From Spongospora subterranea f. sp. subterranea (Eukaryota), in contig JAUGWO010000043.1 in the NCBI GenBank assembly GCA_049724395.1, positions 1 to 39,365 on the forward strand: a DNA stretch of 39,365 nt, in the 5' to 3' direction. Of this stretch, positions 20,619 through 32,499 are shown one piece after another. Position 1 is the first letter of the stretch, and each line of letters begins with the position of its first letter. The notes under the pieces are model-generated. The model was given only the letters and a program-made list of their open reading frames with translations. It made no database searches and was not told where the DNA came from. Made by a program: the position numbers and the translations under genes.

Positions 20619-22468
20619 ATGGGAAGGACGAAGAGGGGTATGGTCAGCGAGTTTGGTGTCCCAAGACAGAGAAATGCCAGCAAGCTCTCGCTTGTAATAT
20701 CCTACGCGCACTTTCCGGTGTCGCATAAGGGAAAATTGTCACCTGTCAAACGCGCCCGTATTCTGGAAATTAGCCGATTGAATCCTAAGATGTCGCAAGC
20801 CAAAGTGGCTGAGATAGCAAAAAAGAGAATTTAACATGGACCAACTCTCGCAAGCTATTCCTATCAGCAATGTACTGAAGGAAGCGAAAGTTGTTACTGC
20901 TACCTCTGGAAATTTAACAGTGGCCCAATGCCTTCGATCGACCTTCGTGAATCGGAATTGAAACTAAAAAAGCCTCGGATGATTAGATTTCCTGTTTTGG
21001 ACGATGCTTTGGCATCGTGGGTCATTGGTTGTCAAGAACGTAGTATAGCACTGAGCTGGAAGATTCTACAAAAAAAGGCGCACCTTTTTGCCGACGAGTT
21101 TGCAATTCCTGAGAACGACCGTCCTACGTTTTCTGACGGATGGGTTCAGAAATTCCTTATTCGCCGGAACTTCAAGTCAATGAAACCTGCAGGAGAGAGG
21201 GGCTCTGCCGATATGAAAGCAGTAAGGACTGAGTTGCCAATCTTGCAGCAATTAATAGCGGGCTATTCACCGGCTGATGTCTATAGTATGGACGAAACCG
21301 GGCTTTTCTTTCAATGACACCTGATCGCACGATTGCTTCACGACAAATGGGCGAAATGAAGAAAGACAAGACTCGATTGACGGTTGCCTTGTGCGCTAAC
21401 AGTAACGAAACTGACAAATGAACCTTATTCTTCATCGGGCATTCTGAAAAGCCTTGCTGTTTCAAGAAAAAGCGAGCAGAGGAGCTTGCGTTCTACTACG
21501 CATGGAACAAAAGGCTTGGATGACCAGCCTGCTATTCCAACAATGGCTTGAAAATTCGATTTGGATATGCGCAAACACCAGCGCCAAGTCCTGCTACTAC
21601 TGGACAATGCGCCAACTCATGCTGTTCGCTCATTGGATTTGACCAACGTTTCGGTTATGTTTCTCCCTCCAAATACGACATCGCTTATCCAGCCGATGGA
21701 TGCCGGCATTATCGCTGCTTTCAAAAAACGTTATCGGTCGTTTCAACTGGGATTGGCTCTAGATCGCGACAAAATCCAAGCTAAGGATATTTATAAGGCT
21801 GACATCCCGCAAGCCATGTCCTGGTGTAGAGATGCGTGGGAAATGATAACATCGATTTCCATAACAAATTGCTGGTCTCACACTGGCCTTTTGGATGCTG
21901 TTGACCCTCAAAACGACGATTTCTTCGACAACGATATCTTTGACGAATTTGATGCTATAGTCGCTGATCAAATCGGTGAGCTGTCAGCAAAACCAGTGGG
22001 TTTTCAGGAATATATCGCTCAGGACGATGATTTTGAAGTTCACCATGAATTTACTGAAGACGATATATTAGGAACATATTGTGAAGATTCGGAGCCTGAT
22101 GTTGAACTGGAAGCGCCTGAGAGCTGTAGCGAAATCACATTGGGGCAAAACATCAGTGCTTTGCAGATGTCCATCGAAATACTCTGTGGGAAATCACTGG
22201 AAAACTGTGAAATAATCAAGCAACTACGTTCTCTTTTGTACAAATTCTGTAGAGAGCAACGCGAGAAATTATTGCGAGCTTGAAACAATTGGGGCAAAAC
22301 ATCAGTGCTTTGCAGATGTCCATCGAAATACTCTGTGGGAAATCACTGGAAAACTGTGAAATAATCAAGCAACTACGTTCTCTTTTGTACAAATTCTGTA
22401 GAGAGCAACGCGAGAAATTACTTGCGAGCTTGAAACAACAAGATATACCCAGATCGTATATTTCATAA
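20619..22468 (+). pseudogene. pogo/CENP-B-like DDD transposase, frameshifted
   Basis: HTH region FPVLDDALASW...FSDGWVQKF. Catalytic motifs MDETGLF, LLLDNAPTH and PPNTTSLIQPMDAGII. Confidence 0.9.
22139..22438 (+). repeat. ~150-bp near-perfect tandem duplication of the transposase 3' end
   Basis: ttggggcaaaacatcagtgc...gagcttgaaacaa starts at 22140 and again at 22289. Confidence 0.95.
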
Positions 22469-22707
22469 AAGAGAAATGATTTTTTGTATGCTCTCATGGC
22501 GAGCACCTTGATGAAACGCTGAATGAGTTCCGTCACATCTGGTCGTCAGAAACTTGGGCGCGATAGCGATCGCGTGCAGACAGCATATAAAAAAGTCATT
22601 TTTCGTTTATAAAAGGTACGATCTGATATCTTGTTGTTTCAAGCTCGCAAGAATTGCTCGCGTTGCTCTCTGCAGAATTCGTACAATAGAGAACGGAGTT
22701 GCTTGAT
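22364..22707. repeat. Imperfect long inverted repeat (arms 22364-22492 and 22582-22707, ~90-bp spacer)
   Basis: The reverse complement of 22582-22707 aligns to atcaagcaact...gtatgct with scattered mismatches and small indels. Confidence 0.92.
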
Positions 22708-23305
22708 GTTTGTATTCTCTCTTATAACCTATTTTTCAAAAAAACGTATAAGTTATTAGTTAACAGAGAATATAAGTTATAAACCATAGATCCGATTTGG
22801 TGGACGCGATTTTCATAAGTTATAAAAGATAAATAATAAGTTTATAAGTAATAAGAGAGTCTACTGTATATGTTCACTGGTCAATTTTCAAAAATTGTGA
22901 AATTTCAAACGTGAACTCCGCACTGAGTTTTTGACTTATGACAAAATTTAAATCTTCAAATTGTTGGTCTCGGTGATATATCTGTGATAACGATGTTCAA
23001 TACTCGGCTCATTGTAGTGCGGTCGTTGAGATTTCCGTACCAGCTGCAATACAAAAAAGTCCTTGGAAATTTGTTGAGACTAGATGTCCCGCACTGTAGT
23101 CCATTGATACAGCGCGTTCAGGCGGAGGTATCGCAGCTCAGACGAGAATATAATTGACTTCATGGCGGCAAATGTACACAATAAATGTAAATAATTGCCC
23201 CTGATACTGTACCTTCCGCGCTAAGAAAATCGATTTGCACAGAAAAATCAAATGTTTAATTTGTAAAATGCATTTATGCATTGTGTACAATGCATGATGT
23301 CCTCG

Positions 23306-24535
23306 TCAGAACTGCGATCTGCTTTGGTTTGTGGAACCTCCGTCAATATTGTTCGATTCTGAGCAGGTGTCATCGGACGAACAGTTTACGACGACTTCCA
23401 CAATGTGTGCGGTCTCAATTAATTGCTGCACCGGTTTTACCCAAAAAGGATACCGGCCACCTGAACAGTGATCCTTGGCGGTCAATCCGTGCTCTTTACA
23501 CGTTTTGCAGTGTCTGGCCTTCTTGGTTGAATGCCGAGCTGGTTGTAGAGCTGACCGATTTTTCGAACGCCGCCCGCACTTCTTGACACTTTTGGCAATC
23601 GGCGCTCGAATACTGGCAAAACCAGACGACACCGCTTCGACAGATGAATCGACTGGCACTGGTTCTTTCGAGGCGATGCATAGAGCGTTGAAGGCCATCA
23701 TTGTTATTTTGAATGCAGCGACACTGGTCTGCCCGACTTGAAATGGTGGTGAGGAAAGTTGACCTCGGGCACCGTGATTTGGGCATATGCATCATTGCAG
23801 ACAGACGGCCACAACTGCCGACTAACGGGTGTTGATCAAGACGCCATCGGGGAGTCAGATACTTGACATCCATGGGATCGACGTTCATCGTCATGGGATC
23901 GACGTTCATCGTCACGGGATCGACGTTCATCGCAGAGCATACGGCATCAATGTGTCGACATGGCATTCGAAAACACGCAAAGTTAGGACACGAACATGAC
24001 GTGAGGAAATCCATCGTCTTCATTAGGACACGGTGAGTGGTGGCCACATTGACCGCAGAAGATACAGTGGAAACAACGTCCCATACACCTGCTTGTTCAT
24101 CAATTGAAGTGCAGCAGTAGCGAAATTGCTGACCCCATCATTCAATAAAACACGATGTCGTCAATGTGAACATGGAACATATCTGAATAACTGACGGTTG
24201 CCATATGTTGTGCACAAACTCGCTCCAGAGCCGATTCTTTTCAATGAACTTAATAATCAGCTGTAAAAATTGCTCCACCTGCAGCTTTACTTGATTTAAT
24301 ACCATTTTTAAAAGCTGGAATGAGCTGTATTTTCGAAGCTCGGCTTTCTTGCTGCCACTCCCTTTCTGACGAGAATTCGGGCCCTCGCCACGCTGCGTTG
24401 ACTCACAGGCCGCCGTGAAGAACCAGATCGTATAAGTACGACAAACCCGTCTGGTCCGAGTCTAAGGCTGTCATGAACGTCTTTGCAGCAGCAACATGAG
24501 CGTATCGCTGTTTACATATATGCAAATGAGCAGAT
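23306..24535 (-). mobile_element. Mutator-like (MULE) transposase C-terminal remnant with SWIM zinc finger
   Basis: FTAACESTQRGEGPNS, SWIM motif CSCPNFACFRMPCRH, LTPRW and C-terminal CKTCKEHG. Confidence 0.72.
23871..23932. repeat. 21-bp tandem repeat x3, in frame, encoding MNVDP(V/M)T on the minus strand
   Basis: ca(t/c)gggatcgacgttcatcgt three times. Confidence 0.95.
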
Positions 24536-27500
24536 AAATTCTCGGGCGATTGAAATGAATGGTCCCAAAAATTTGTAGTCGAGATTGTCAGAGGGTCGCT
24601 TGGTGCCGACTGCAGGACGCCGAAGCATGACTAAGTCCCCCCGATAGCAAACTGCTCATGGGGTATGTGGCGAGAATCGGCGAAGCGCTTCATGTCGGAC
24701 ACCGCACGAGAAAGTTGGCACTGTAAAACGCGGCGGATGGATTGTAAGTTGTCGTCCCTGTCTTCCGCCGAAGGGCTCTGGCTTGTTGCCGGGCGTGCAT
24801 ATGAGACTCGTGGGAGCGGGGATGGAAGCCGTAGTTGGCATAGAATGGGGTCATCCCCGTTGAAGTAAGCACTGCATTGCTGTAGGCAAATTCGGCCAAA
24901 GGAAGTAAGTTGGCCCAGTCGTCCTGAAGAAAGTTGATGAAGCAGCGGAGATATTGTTCGAGGACCTCATTAACACGCTCCGTCTGGCCGTCGGTTTCAA
25001 GGTGCCGTGACGATGAAAGTTTACGTTGAACGCGCAGTCGAGCGAGTAAATGTATCCAAAACTTGGATACGAACTGGGGACCTCGGTCCGAAACAATGTC
25101 ATCAGGAAGCCAATGAAGTCTGAATACGTGGTCAAGAATGAGATCTGCAAGCTGGTGAGTTGGTTGACTCGCTGCATCTGATGAAATGGGCCATTTTGGA
25201 GCATCGGTTCACCACGACAAGGACGGAATCGTGCCCTTGATTTGGGAGCTTGACAATGAAATCCATCGATACTGAGGACCACAATTCAGATGGAATTGGC
25301 AATGGTGCTAGTAATCCGTGGGGCTGATGGCGGGCTGGTTTCGATCGGCGGCATGTGTCACTCGAAGCAACGTATTGAGACACGGGCGAATCGCCGGCCA
25401 CCAATACGTATGGCGAATATGACATAGGGTCTTGTCAATACCAAAGTGGCCGGCAACAGGGGAATCATACAAGTTGCGGAAGATCTTCAGTCTACAATCG
25501 TCACCAACCACCTTGAGCAATTGGCCGCGGTACAGAAGTCCTTCATGGAGATGAAATCGCCTGCCTTGTGGTTTGTCCAAGATCGCGACGATCCGTTTCG
25601 TAAACGGGTGTGACAGTTGATGGTGACGAATGCGGTCGATCAGTCGTTCCAAGTTCGTTGATGACGGTTGATCGCTCAGGACACATGTGCTTGCTGATGG
25701 GTTTACGAGAAACAATTCCGGAGGCAAAGATTTCATCGACTGCTGTAGGACAGATTCGTCGGCGTCGTTTGGTTGATATTCTGGTCTCTCGAGATAACAT
25801 GGATTTGAACCAATGTGTACGGCAACGAATCGGTTATTCTCCTGTCACAATCATGACAGGCCTTTAATACTGGGACCAGCGAACATGGCGCCGACTCAGT
25901 TTGTGGGTTGTTGAGAAAACAGATCCTGTGATCACTGTGTACGATGGTTGGGTTGTGGTTAGAGTCCAAGAATTGGCGCCATTTCTGAAACGCAATTACA
26001 ATTGCCAACAGTTCTTTGTCATAAATCGGATAGTTGATCTCGGCTGGTGTCATTTTACGGGAATAATAAGCAATTGGGTGGAATTCACCATCGTTACCTC
26101 GTTGTGACAGGACCATGTGCAATTGACTCGGACCTGCACGTATTATTGGTATGATCAAAGACCACATATACCGTGTGGAATTTTCATTCACCGGCGAGCA
26201 AATTGATATCCAAGCTCAACGTTTGAAATACTACAGCGATCGTGACTTACAGGTTACCACAGCTCTTTTGGATATTATCGGCGTAACTTCCTCTACCAAA
26301 TTCGAAAAGGAGCGGATCAACTTGCGATAAAAGTTAGCGAACCCAAGGAAGGTCTGAACTGCAGCGACTTCGTGGAGGCGTCTCCCAATCGAGAATTGTA
26401 ACAATTGTTGACAGAATCCAGACGCAACCCTTTATGAGACACGAGATAGCCCCAGAAATTCTACCTCGTGCGCCCCGAAAATACATTTCTCCAACTTCGC
26501 GTACAAATTCGCGTCTCTGATCCGGGTGAGAACGAAGCGGACGTGCTTGTCGTGCTCGGCCTCTGATGAAGAGAAAATTATGATATCGTCCAAGTAGATC
26601 ACGACGAAACTGTCAAGGTAATTTCAAAACAAGTCGTTCATAAAATGCTGGAACGCAGCCGGTACATTAGTCAGGCCAAAAGGCATTACTTGGTATTCGA
26701 ATAAGCCATGCGGTGTGCGAAACGCGCTTTTCCATTCGTCGCCCTTCAGAATCCGGACTTGGTTGTATGCCCCACAAAGACCAAATTTGGAAAACAATCG
26801 AGCGGAGCTAAGCTGTGCCAACATTTGATCGACGAGGGGAAGTGGATAGCGGTTTTTGATAGTATTGGCATTCAATTTCCGATAGTCGATGTATAGGCGT
26901 AGAGAGCCGTCTTTTTTCTTGACAAAGAGGACTGGAGCGCCAGCGGGTGACTGCGATGGACTGATGAACCTACGGGAGAGATTGTCCTGAATTTATGTCT
27001 TAAGCGCTTCCTGTTCTGTGGGAGAGAGGCCATAAAGTCGACCGAACAGTGGCTCAGTACCTGGTTTTACATCGATGCAACAATCGTACGGGAGATATGG
27101 CGAAGTTGTTCTGCTTGTCGTTTATCGAACACAATTGCAAAGTCGATATACTTTTCGGGAAGTGTCGTCAAAACGTGAGGGATGGCAGGTTGGGGTGTTA
27201 CGGCGCTTCTAAACTGGATAGAGTTGCATTCGTCATTTTCCTGGGTGTGCAAAATTCTCCGAATTGACGGTGCAAATTGAAATTCGGGGCTCAGTATCGA
27301 CGGAATTTGGTGTGTTTTTGAGCTCGGAACGTGGCTTTAAGCTACCAATAGACCAATCGATATCAGGATTGTGAAATGACAGCCACGAAATGCCAAGAAT
27401 GATTGGGTGGTTTGGTGAATCAATGACGTTGAAGACTACTGGAACTGGGAAGCGACAAGTAAGTATTGGTATAGATTCAGAAGTGATAGGATTCAGCTGC

Positions 27501-27729
27501 CGCCCATCGACCACATTGACAGCGACCGGACACAATTTCCGATTCAGTGGAACGGCGTTAATGCGGGCGAATTCTGCATCTACAAAAGAACGATAAGTAC
27601 TGTCGTGGTGAGAAGGCGAGTACCAATTTGAGGAGTAGCATTGGCGGTGAGGCAACGGCTAGAGAGCGATCGGGCATAATAAAGTGTGGACAAGCAGTGA
27701 TGCGAGGATTCAGAATGATTATTACGGAT

Positions 27730-27777
27730 TGGTGAGTGGTGGGGGAATCCGGCGTTCGTCACTCCTGGGCATTTCCC
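27730..27777 (-). promoter_or_regulatory. Probable -1 ribosomal frameshift signal at the gag/pol junction
   Basis: Slippery heptamer G GGA AAT (27777-27771) just before the gag TGA, followed by a GAGTG...CACTC stem. The -1 frame is open (GKCPGVTNAG...). Same position as the GGGAAAC signal of PEG10/sushi-like elements. Confidence 0.55.
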
Positions 27778-28692
27778 GACCGTATCGCTCGATTCGGGCA
27801 TGTCGCGATCCTGTGTTCTGGCTGTCGACAATACAAGCACAGGTTGTAAAGCATACAGCAGCCGCGTTCTGCCGGGGTCAGCTTTGATGCGCTGGTGGAG
27901 ATGGCGTAAACGGCCTCAGGCTCAGTTGGATAATTGCGGGCGATATGTCTGGCATTCTGGACCATCGCGTCGTAATCCGTGATCTCAAAACCGTGCAGCC
28001 TGTTTCGTAAAGCTGGATTCAAGGATCACCGGAAGGCATCAGCTAACAGGGCAGAACTGAGCGAATACCCATTCCCCGACAGACGACGGGCCTTGTTATA
28101 TAACTTCAAGATATGTTGCAGAATTTCGATAGTCTGCGTCAACGTCTCGAATTCACTCTTGATGTCTGCTGCGGACGGTTCCGGAAAACAGGAAATCAGA
28201 TGCGATCGAATTGACGCGAAGGAAGCCGCATCGTCTAAATCCATAATCCAGATCAGGGCATTACCTTCCAGGCTACTCAGCAGTAGGTTCCGGGCCGTCG
28301 GCGGAAGCGGCTTGTCGGAGAGACTGTCGATCTGGACAAAATTAGCAAACAGTTTGAGCCATGTTGCCGCTCCTATCGAAGTGTCGCTCAAATCTACAGA
28401 AAACTTGAGGAGGTCGATACGGACCATTAGATTTGAGTCGCCAGGTTTCACCTGTTCTGGCGCGAGATCGTCTGCCGGTTCTGCGGTCGGCTTTCGATCC
28501 AGGGAACTTGATAATTCACGAATCCATGCCTGCTGAGCTGCTGTAATAACGCTTGCTGTTGTAGCAGTGGCGCAATGGCCTCGGCAATCGTCTCTGCAAT
28601 GTTGTTTTGCGAACGAGTCACCGGTAAGGAGTTGCCAGTGATAACGACGGAGGGACACAATAGATAGAGGAGGAGGGGGTTTTTGGACGAAG

Positions 28693-28838
28693 CAGACGAC
28701 GAGCGGGCAGGGAAGGAAGACGGGGAATCGACAAAACAGACGGCGAGCGGGCAGGGAAGGAAGACGGGGAATCGACGAAACAGACGGCGAGCGGGCAGGG
28801 AAGGAAGACGGGGAATCGACAAAACAGACGGTGAGCGG
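28693..28838. repeat. 44-bp tandem repeat x3.3 in the leader upstream of Gypsy A gag
   Basis: cagacggcgagcgggcagggaaggaagacggggaatcgacaaaa starts at 28693, 28737, 28781 and 28825 (partial). Confidence 0.95.
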
Positions 28839-28854
28839 ACGGATGTTGGTATTG

Positions 28855-29600
28855 GTCGGTTAAAGTTCAGTATCCTCTTTTGGTGATGTTGAATAGTAAG
28901 GTTTGTAAGGAGGAGATGAGTTTGGTGTGTCATTGACCGAAGGAGTCGCCCATCGATAAGGGAGAGTTAAATTGGTTGACTGAGTGATTCTAATGAAATG
29001 TGGTTCGTATGTGAGAACTTAAGATCGAGGAACAATGAGGTAGCGCCACAGTCAATAATTGATGATGTCGTTTGATTGAACACAGTAGTAGATATGGACT
29101 GATTAGGGATTGGGAGATAGGGGATAACATTGCCATCTGGGTATTCTGTATCGGGGAATTGGTGGATCGTCGTGGCCAATATAGAGTTGAAGCCGTGCGA
29201 CACTGTCCGACCAGCAACACGATCTCGAGTCGTTTTCTTCAACGTAAGAACAGCACGAGGGGTTCATATAGAGTGCAGCGATACTTCTTCAGGGAAGTTA
29301 AACGGATTAACGGCGTCAATCTTTTTCGGAACCATCACAGTACCGAGATTGATGGGCGTTCTCAAACGAAATAAGATGTTTCGAGATAAAATGGCCGGTC
29401 GAGTGTCCCTCTTTCCTACGACATTGTATTCAATAATCAGCACCAAACAGTTATACAGTATGTAGTTGAACAGAGAACCTATGAAATGAGGAACAGGAAT
29501 GTTGAATAGGTTAACGAGGATAATCGGGTTTATGAACCATTGTGTATGACACCTCGGTATAACCGTTCATCTCTTACTTCACTCTGAACTCATCCTGACA
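28855..29600 (-). mobile_element. Gypsy element C, 5' fragment (probable LTR, deleted gag, protease)
   Basis: Protease motif SIIDCGATSLFLD...PI.LSLIDG. The minus strand begins TGTCAGG at 29600. Confidence 0.62.
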
Positions 29601-29604
29601 CCCA

Positions 29605-31980
29605 ATGGCGAACAGCGCCACTGTTGCGCCATCCATTCCTCTAATGTGTGTCCTCATCTTGTTGATATTGCTGCTTGTGGCGACCAGACCTACTCGATCT
29701 GTGACAACCGAACATGGTCATGTTGGGAGAGAGCCCCTTGGCTATGGTCAGGCCAATGTCGCCACAACAATCGTTTCCTCGACATTCTCGGTATGGATGG
29801 CGGAATATCGCTCCAAAGATAGAGATATCGGCTTGTTAAGTGCGTTTTAGGAATGGCACTCGGGTCCGGGTTCAAAAATTGACATGTCCCATATCAGTAT
29901 TGATTCTCAACAGTTGAGCCAAGAGGACGAGAACCTCGATTGCCTTATCGATCTAAATCGAATTCCTATTGATTCGGAAATGTTGCCATCAAAAGACTTT
30001 CCCGAGATTCTCGTGCCCGATAACAGAAACGTCGACCAGTTTAATGAAAGTTCTTCGATGAATGTGGTCGTTCTGTTCATCTTCATATTGAGATTTGGCG
30101 TGTTGAGAGCTTTTTAGGAATGGCACTCGGGCTCGGGTTTGAAAACTGACGCGTCCCATATCAGTATGGAATCTCAGCAGTTGAGACCAGAGGGCGAGAA
30201 CCTCGATTCATTACCTTATCGATCTAAATCGAATTCCTATTGATTCGGAAATGTTGCCGTCAAAGGACTCTCCCGAGAATTTCGTGCCCGATAACAGAAA
30301 CGCCCATCAGTTGGTGACAGCTTCCGGACATTTAGCCGTTCAGTCCATTTCCAAATTGTGTTTGGCTTTGCTAAGTTCGTCTTAGGATTGGAACCCGAAC
30401 ACGAGTTCAAACCGTGATCAATCCCGTATCAGTATTGATGGTCAACAGTCAATTGAAAGCGTAGAGGGCAAAATTTTCGATTGCCGCATCGAAAATACGA
30501 TTAATTCAAAAACCAGCCTGTTGACGTTCCTGAGAATTTCGTGACAGTAAGGCGATTGCCGAGAATCGTGAACACCAATATCTGATTATGGCGTACTAGG
30601 ATGGATTTCCGAAGCGCACTCACAAAATGGTTCGTTTTCGTAATGCCAAGTACTTAATGGGATTGAGAATGCTCTGTCGGGTCCTAAATTGGGACCTGGA
30701 TGAGGTCAAAGACTATGATAGTCTCTGTGTGTTTCTGGTCAGAACTCTGGTTCCCCGCTCTGTCTGGAATTTGATGATCACAAACGGTATCGTCTGCTTA
30801 GGGAAAGGAGACGAATCCAGAACAGGTCGAGTTTCACAACAGTGTCGCCACGACGGAACACATGATGAAACTACTGTTGGTCGGAAAGTCGGGGCGGGAT
30901 AAGGTTGATGTCGGACAAAACAACATCGACGTTCCTGAAAATAGGCTAATTGCCAAGGCAACCAGCACCCTGCAAAAACTGATCCGAATTTCGAATTTTG
31001 TTTTGAAAACGGTCTCTTGCAGAAGATCGCTCTGCAGTATCAGTCATCAGATGATTTTGTATCTCAAGAAAAACTGTATCCCCGTCCTTCAATGTCTTGT
31101 GAAATGTTGTGGCAAAGACATGGACCAGTTCCAGACACGTTGGGGAACGCGTTTCAGCCACCGTTTTTTGGATTGAAATGCTGCCCCGGTCGTGGATTAA
31201 ATCATAACACCTGCGGTTACCAGAGGACGAAAATCGTCAGAAACCCTGACAACAGGTTTTCATTCGCCTTTTTGAAAAAAAACTGAGTAACATTTGTGCT
31301 TTCAGAGACAAAGACTTTGGTTTATTGGATCTCAATGCTCTTGTTGTTGCTGTTTTAAAGTCAAACACCTCAGAAGAAAAACTCAAACTGTGCTGTGAAT
31401 TCAACGAGAAATACCGATTCAAGTGGCCCCGAAACTCAAAAGATTTCTCCGACAATATTATAACAAGTCTCCGAAACCCATCTGGGGGTGCTTTGTTCAT
31501 CACTGTGGCCAAAATACAAATGAGTGGATTCGAAAATGGGGCCCTGAATTCGCACATTCTGAATTCAGCAGGCGGAAATGTCACGGCTTGGAAGTCCATT
31601 GAATGCGGATCGATCGACCGACCATTTGATATTCCAGCAAGACTTGATCTTTGCAATAAATCAACCCGAGACCTCCTCCCAGCGCTTTCCGAAATTCTCG
31701 AACAGTATGATCAGTTCGTGATTACGAAGACAGCATTCACAGAGATCGCCTCATCCGTGTTTAACCACTTTTATCAACAAAGGTGTCGTCCTATTTACAA
31801 TTGTTTAGATCGTCATTGCGCTGGAAGTGTTGAGGAATTTATTCGGAGATGGGGAAAATCAGTACACTACACCAAGTTCAGTCGCAATTGCTGTCCTGGA
31901 ACAGGCAGAAAGGAACCTGATATCTGTCAATATAATTCTCGGTCATCCCAAGGTTAGATAAGGGTTGACCCTCCAATGAC
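29605..31980 (+). CDS. Multi-exon putative secreted orphan protein with three tandem exon-intron modules; some frameshifts
   Basis: Hydrophobic MCVLILLILLLVAT. GT-AG introns ending at 29850 and at 30064-30117, further introns near 30600, 30800, 31010-31070 and 31256-31305. Long terminal coding frame (ORF 31325-31957). Confidence 0.6.
29845..30550 (+). repeat. ~267-bp exon+intron unit repeated three times (third copy diverged)
   Basis: Units start after a TAG acceptor at 29851 (EWHSGPGSKIDMSHISIDSQQL), 30118 (EWHSGSGLKTDASHISMESQQL) and 30386 (DWNPNTSSNRDQSRISIDGQQS). Confidence 0.88.
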
Positions 31981-32067
31981 TCAAAAGATACAGTAGATGA
32001 TGTCAAACTAATAACTAATAAACCTGATGTGTTCAAGAATAGTATTACTTGGGGTGATAGAATTATT

Positions 32068-32400
32068 TGTTGAAATTCATATAAACTTTCTCAGTCCTCC
32101 CCGTCGATAAGCTATAAACAGCGACATCATCAATGTCATTTCGCAGCTCGACGACTCAACGGTAATTTCAACACTCCCACCCGAGCCTACGGGCGTGAAC
32201 GGTGAAACTATTGTTCGGAGCCTGTTAAAAATTACTGGACCAAGTGGCTTACCTAGTTAGTGATATCGGTCGTCATGTCGTCAGACTTGCACTATCGCAG
32301 CTGAATTGGCTCCTTTCGCGATTATGTGTCAACGTACTGACCCTATGTTATAGCCTACGACAGGCTACCCTATTGTATTGGATATAGCTGGCAACGGAGT
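32068..32400 (-). mobile_element. Ty1/Copia 3' remnant with PPT and 106-bp LTR (32068-32173)
   Basis: Perfect 10-bp termini tgttgaaatt...aatttcaaca, preceded on the minus strand by ggtgggag and a degenerate RNase H end (KSDDMTTDI...KPLG...FNRLR). Confidence 0.72.
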
Positions 32401-32499
32401 TCCTGACGGATTTGCGGACCAGATATCGGATCTACCTCGTAATGACACATCTATTGTGTGTAAATAGCATCTATAGTGTAATCCACCTGGCCAGTGTAT

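Larger units (their letters stand above)
20252..22866 (+). mobile_element. pogo/Tigger-type Tc1/mariner-superfamily DNA transposon with TIRs and TA target duplication
   Basis: 23-bp inverted match agtagactctcttattacttata (20266-20288) with 22843-22865. CAGTA termini flanked by TA at 20250-20251 and 22867-22868. Confidence 0.9.
24536..28850 (-). mobile_element. Gypsy element A (sushi/chromovirus-like): gag-PR-RT-RNase H-integrase, degenerate, LTRs not seen
   Basis: Gag knuckle [38 protein letters not shown]. RNase H: IAYYSRK, DKELLAI. Integrase: [25 protein letters not shown]. Confidence 0.9.

Noticed and set aside
27979..28536. 185-aa plus-strand ORF
   Set aside because: Antisense to Gypsy A gag with no independent support.
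28693..28838. CRISPR-like array
   Set aside because: Units are contiguous with no unique spacers, there are no cas genes, and the context is a eukaryotic TE leader.
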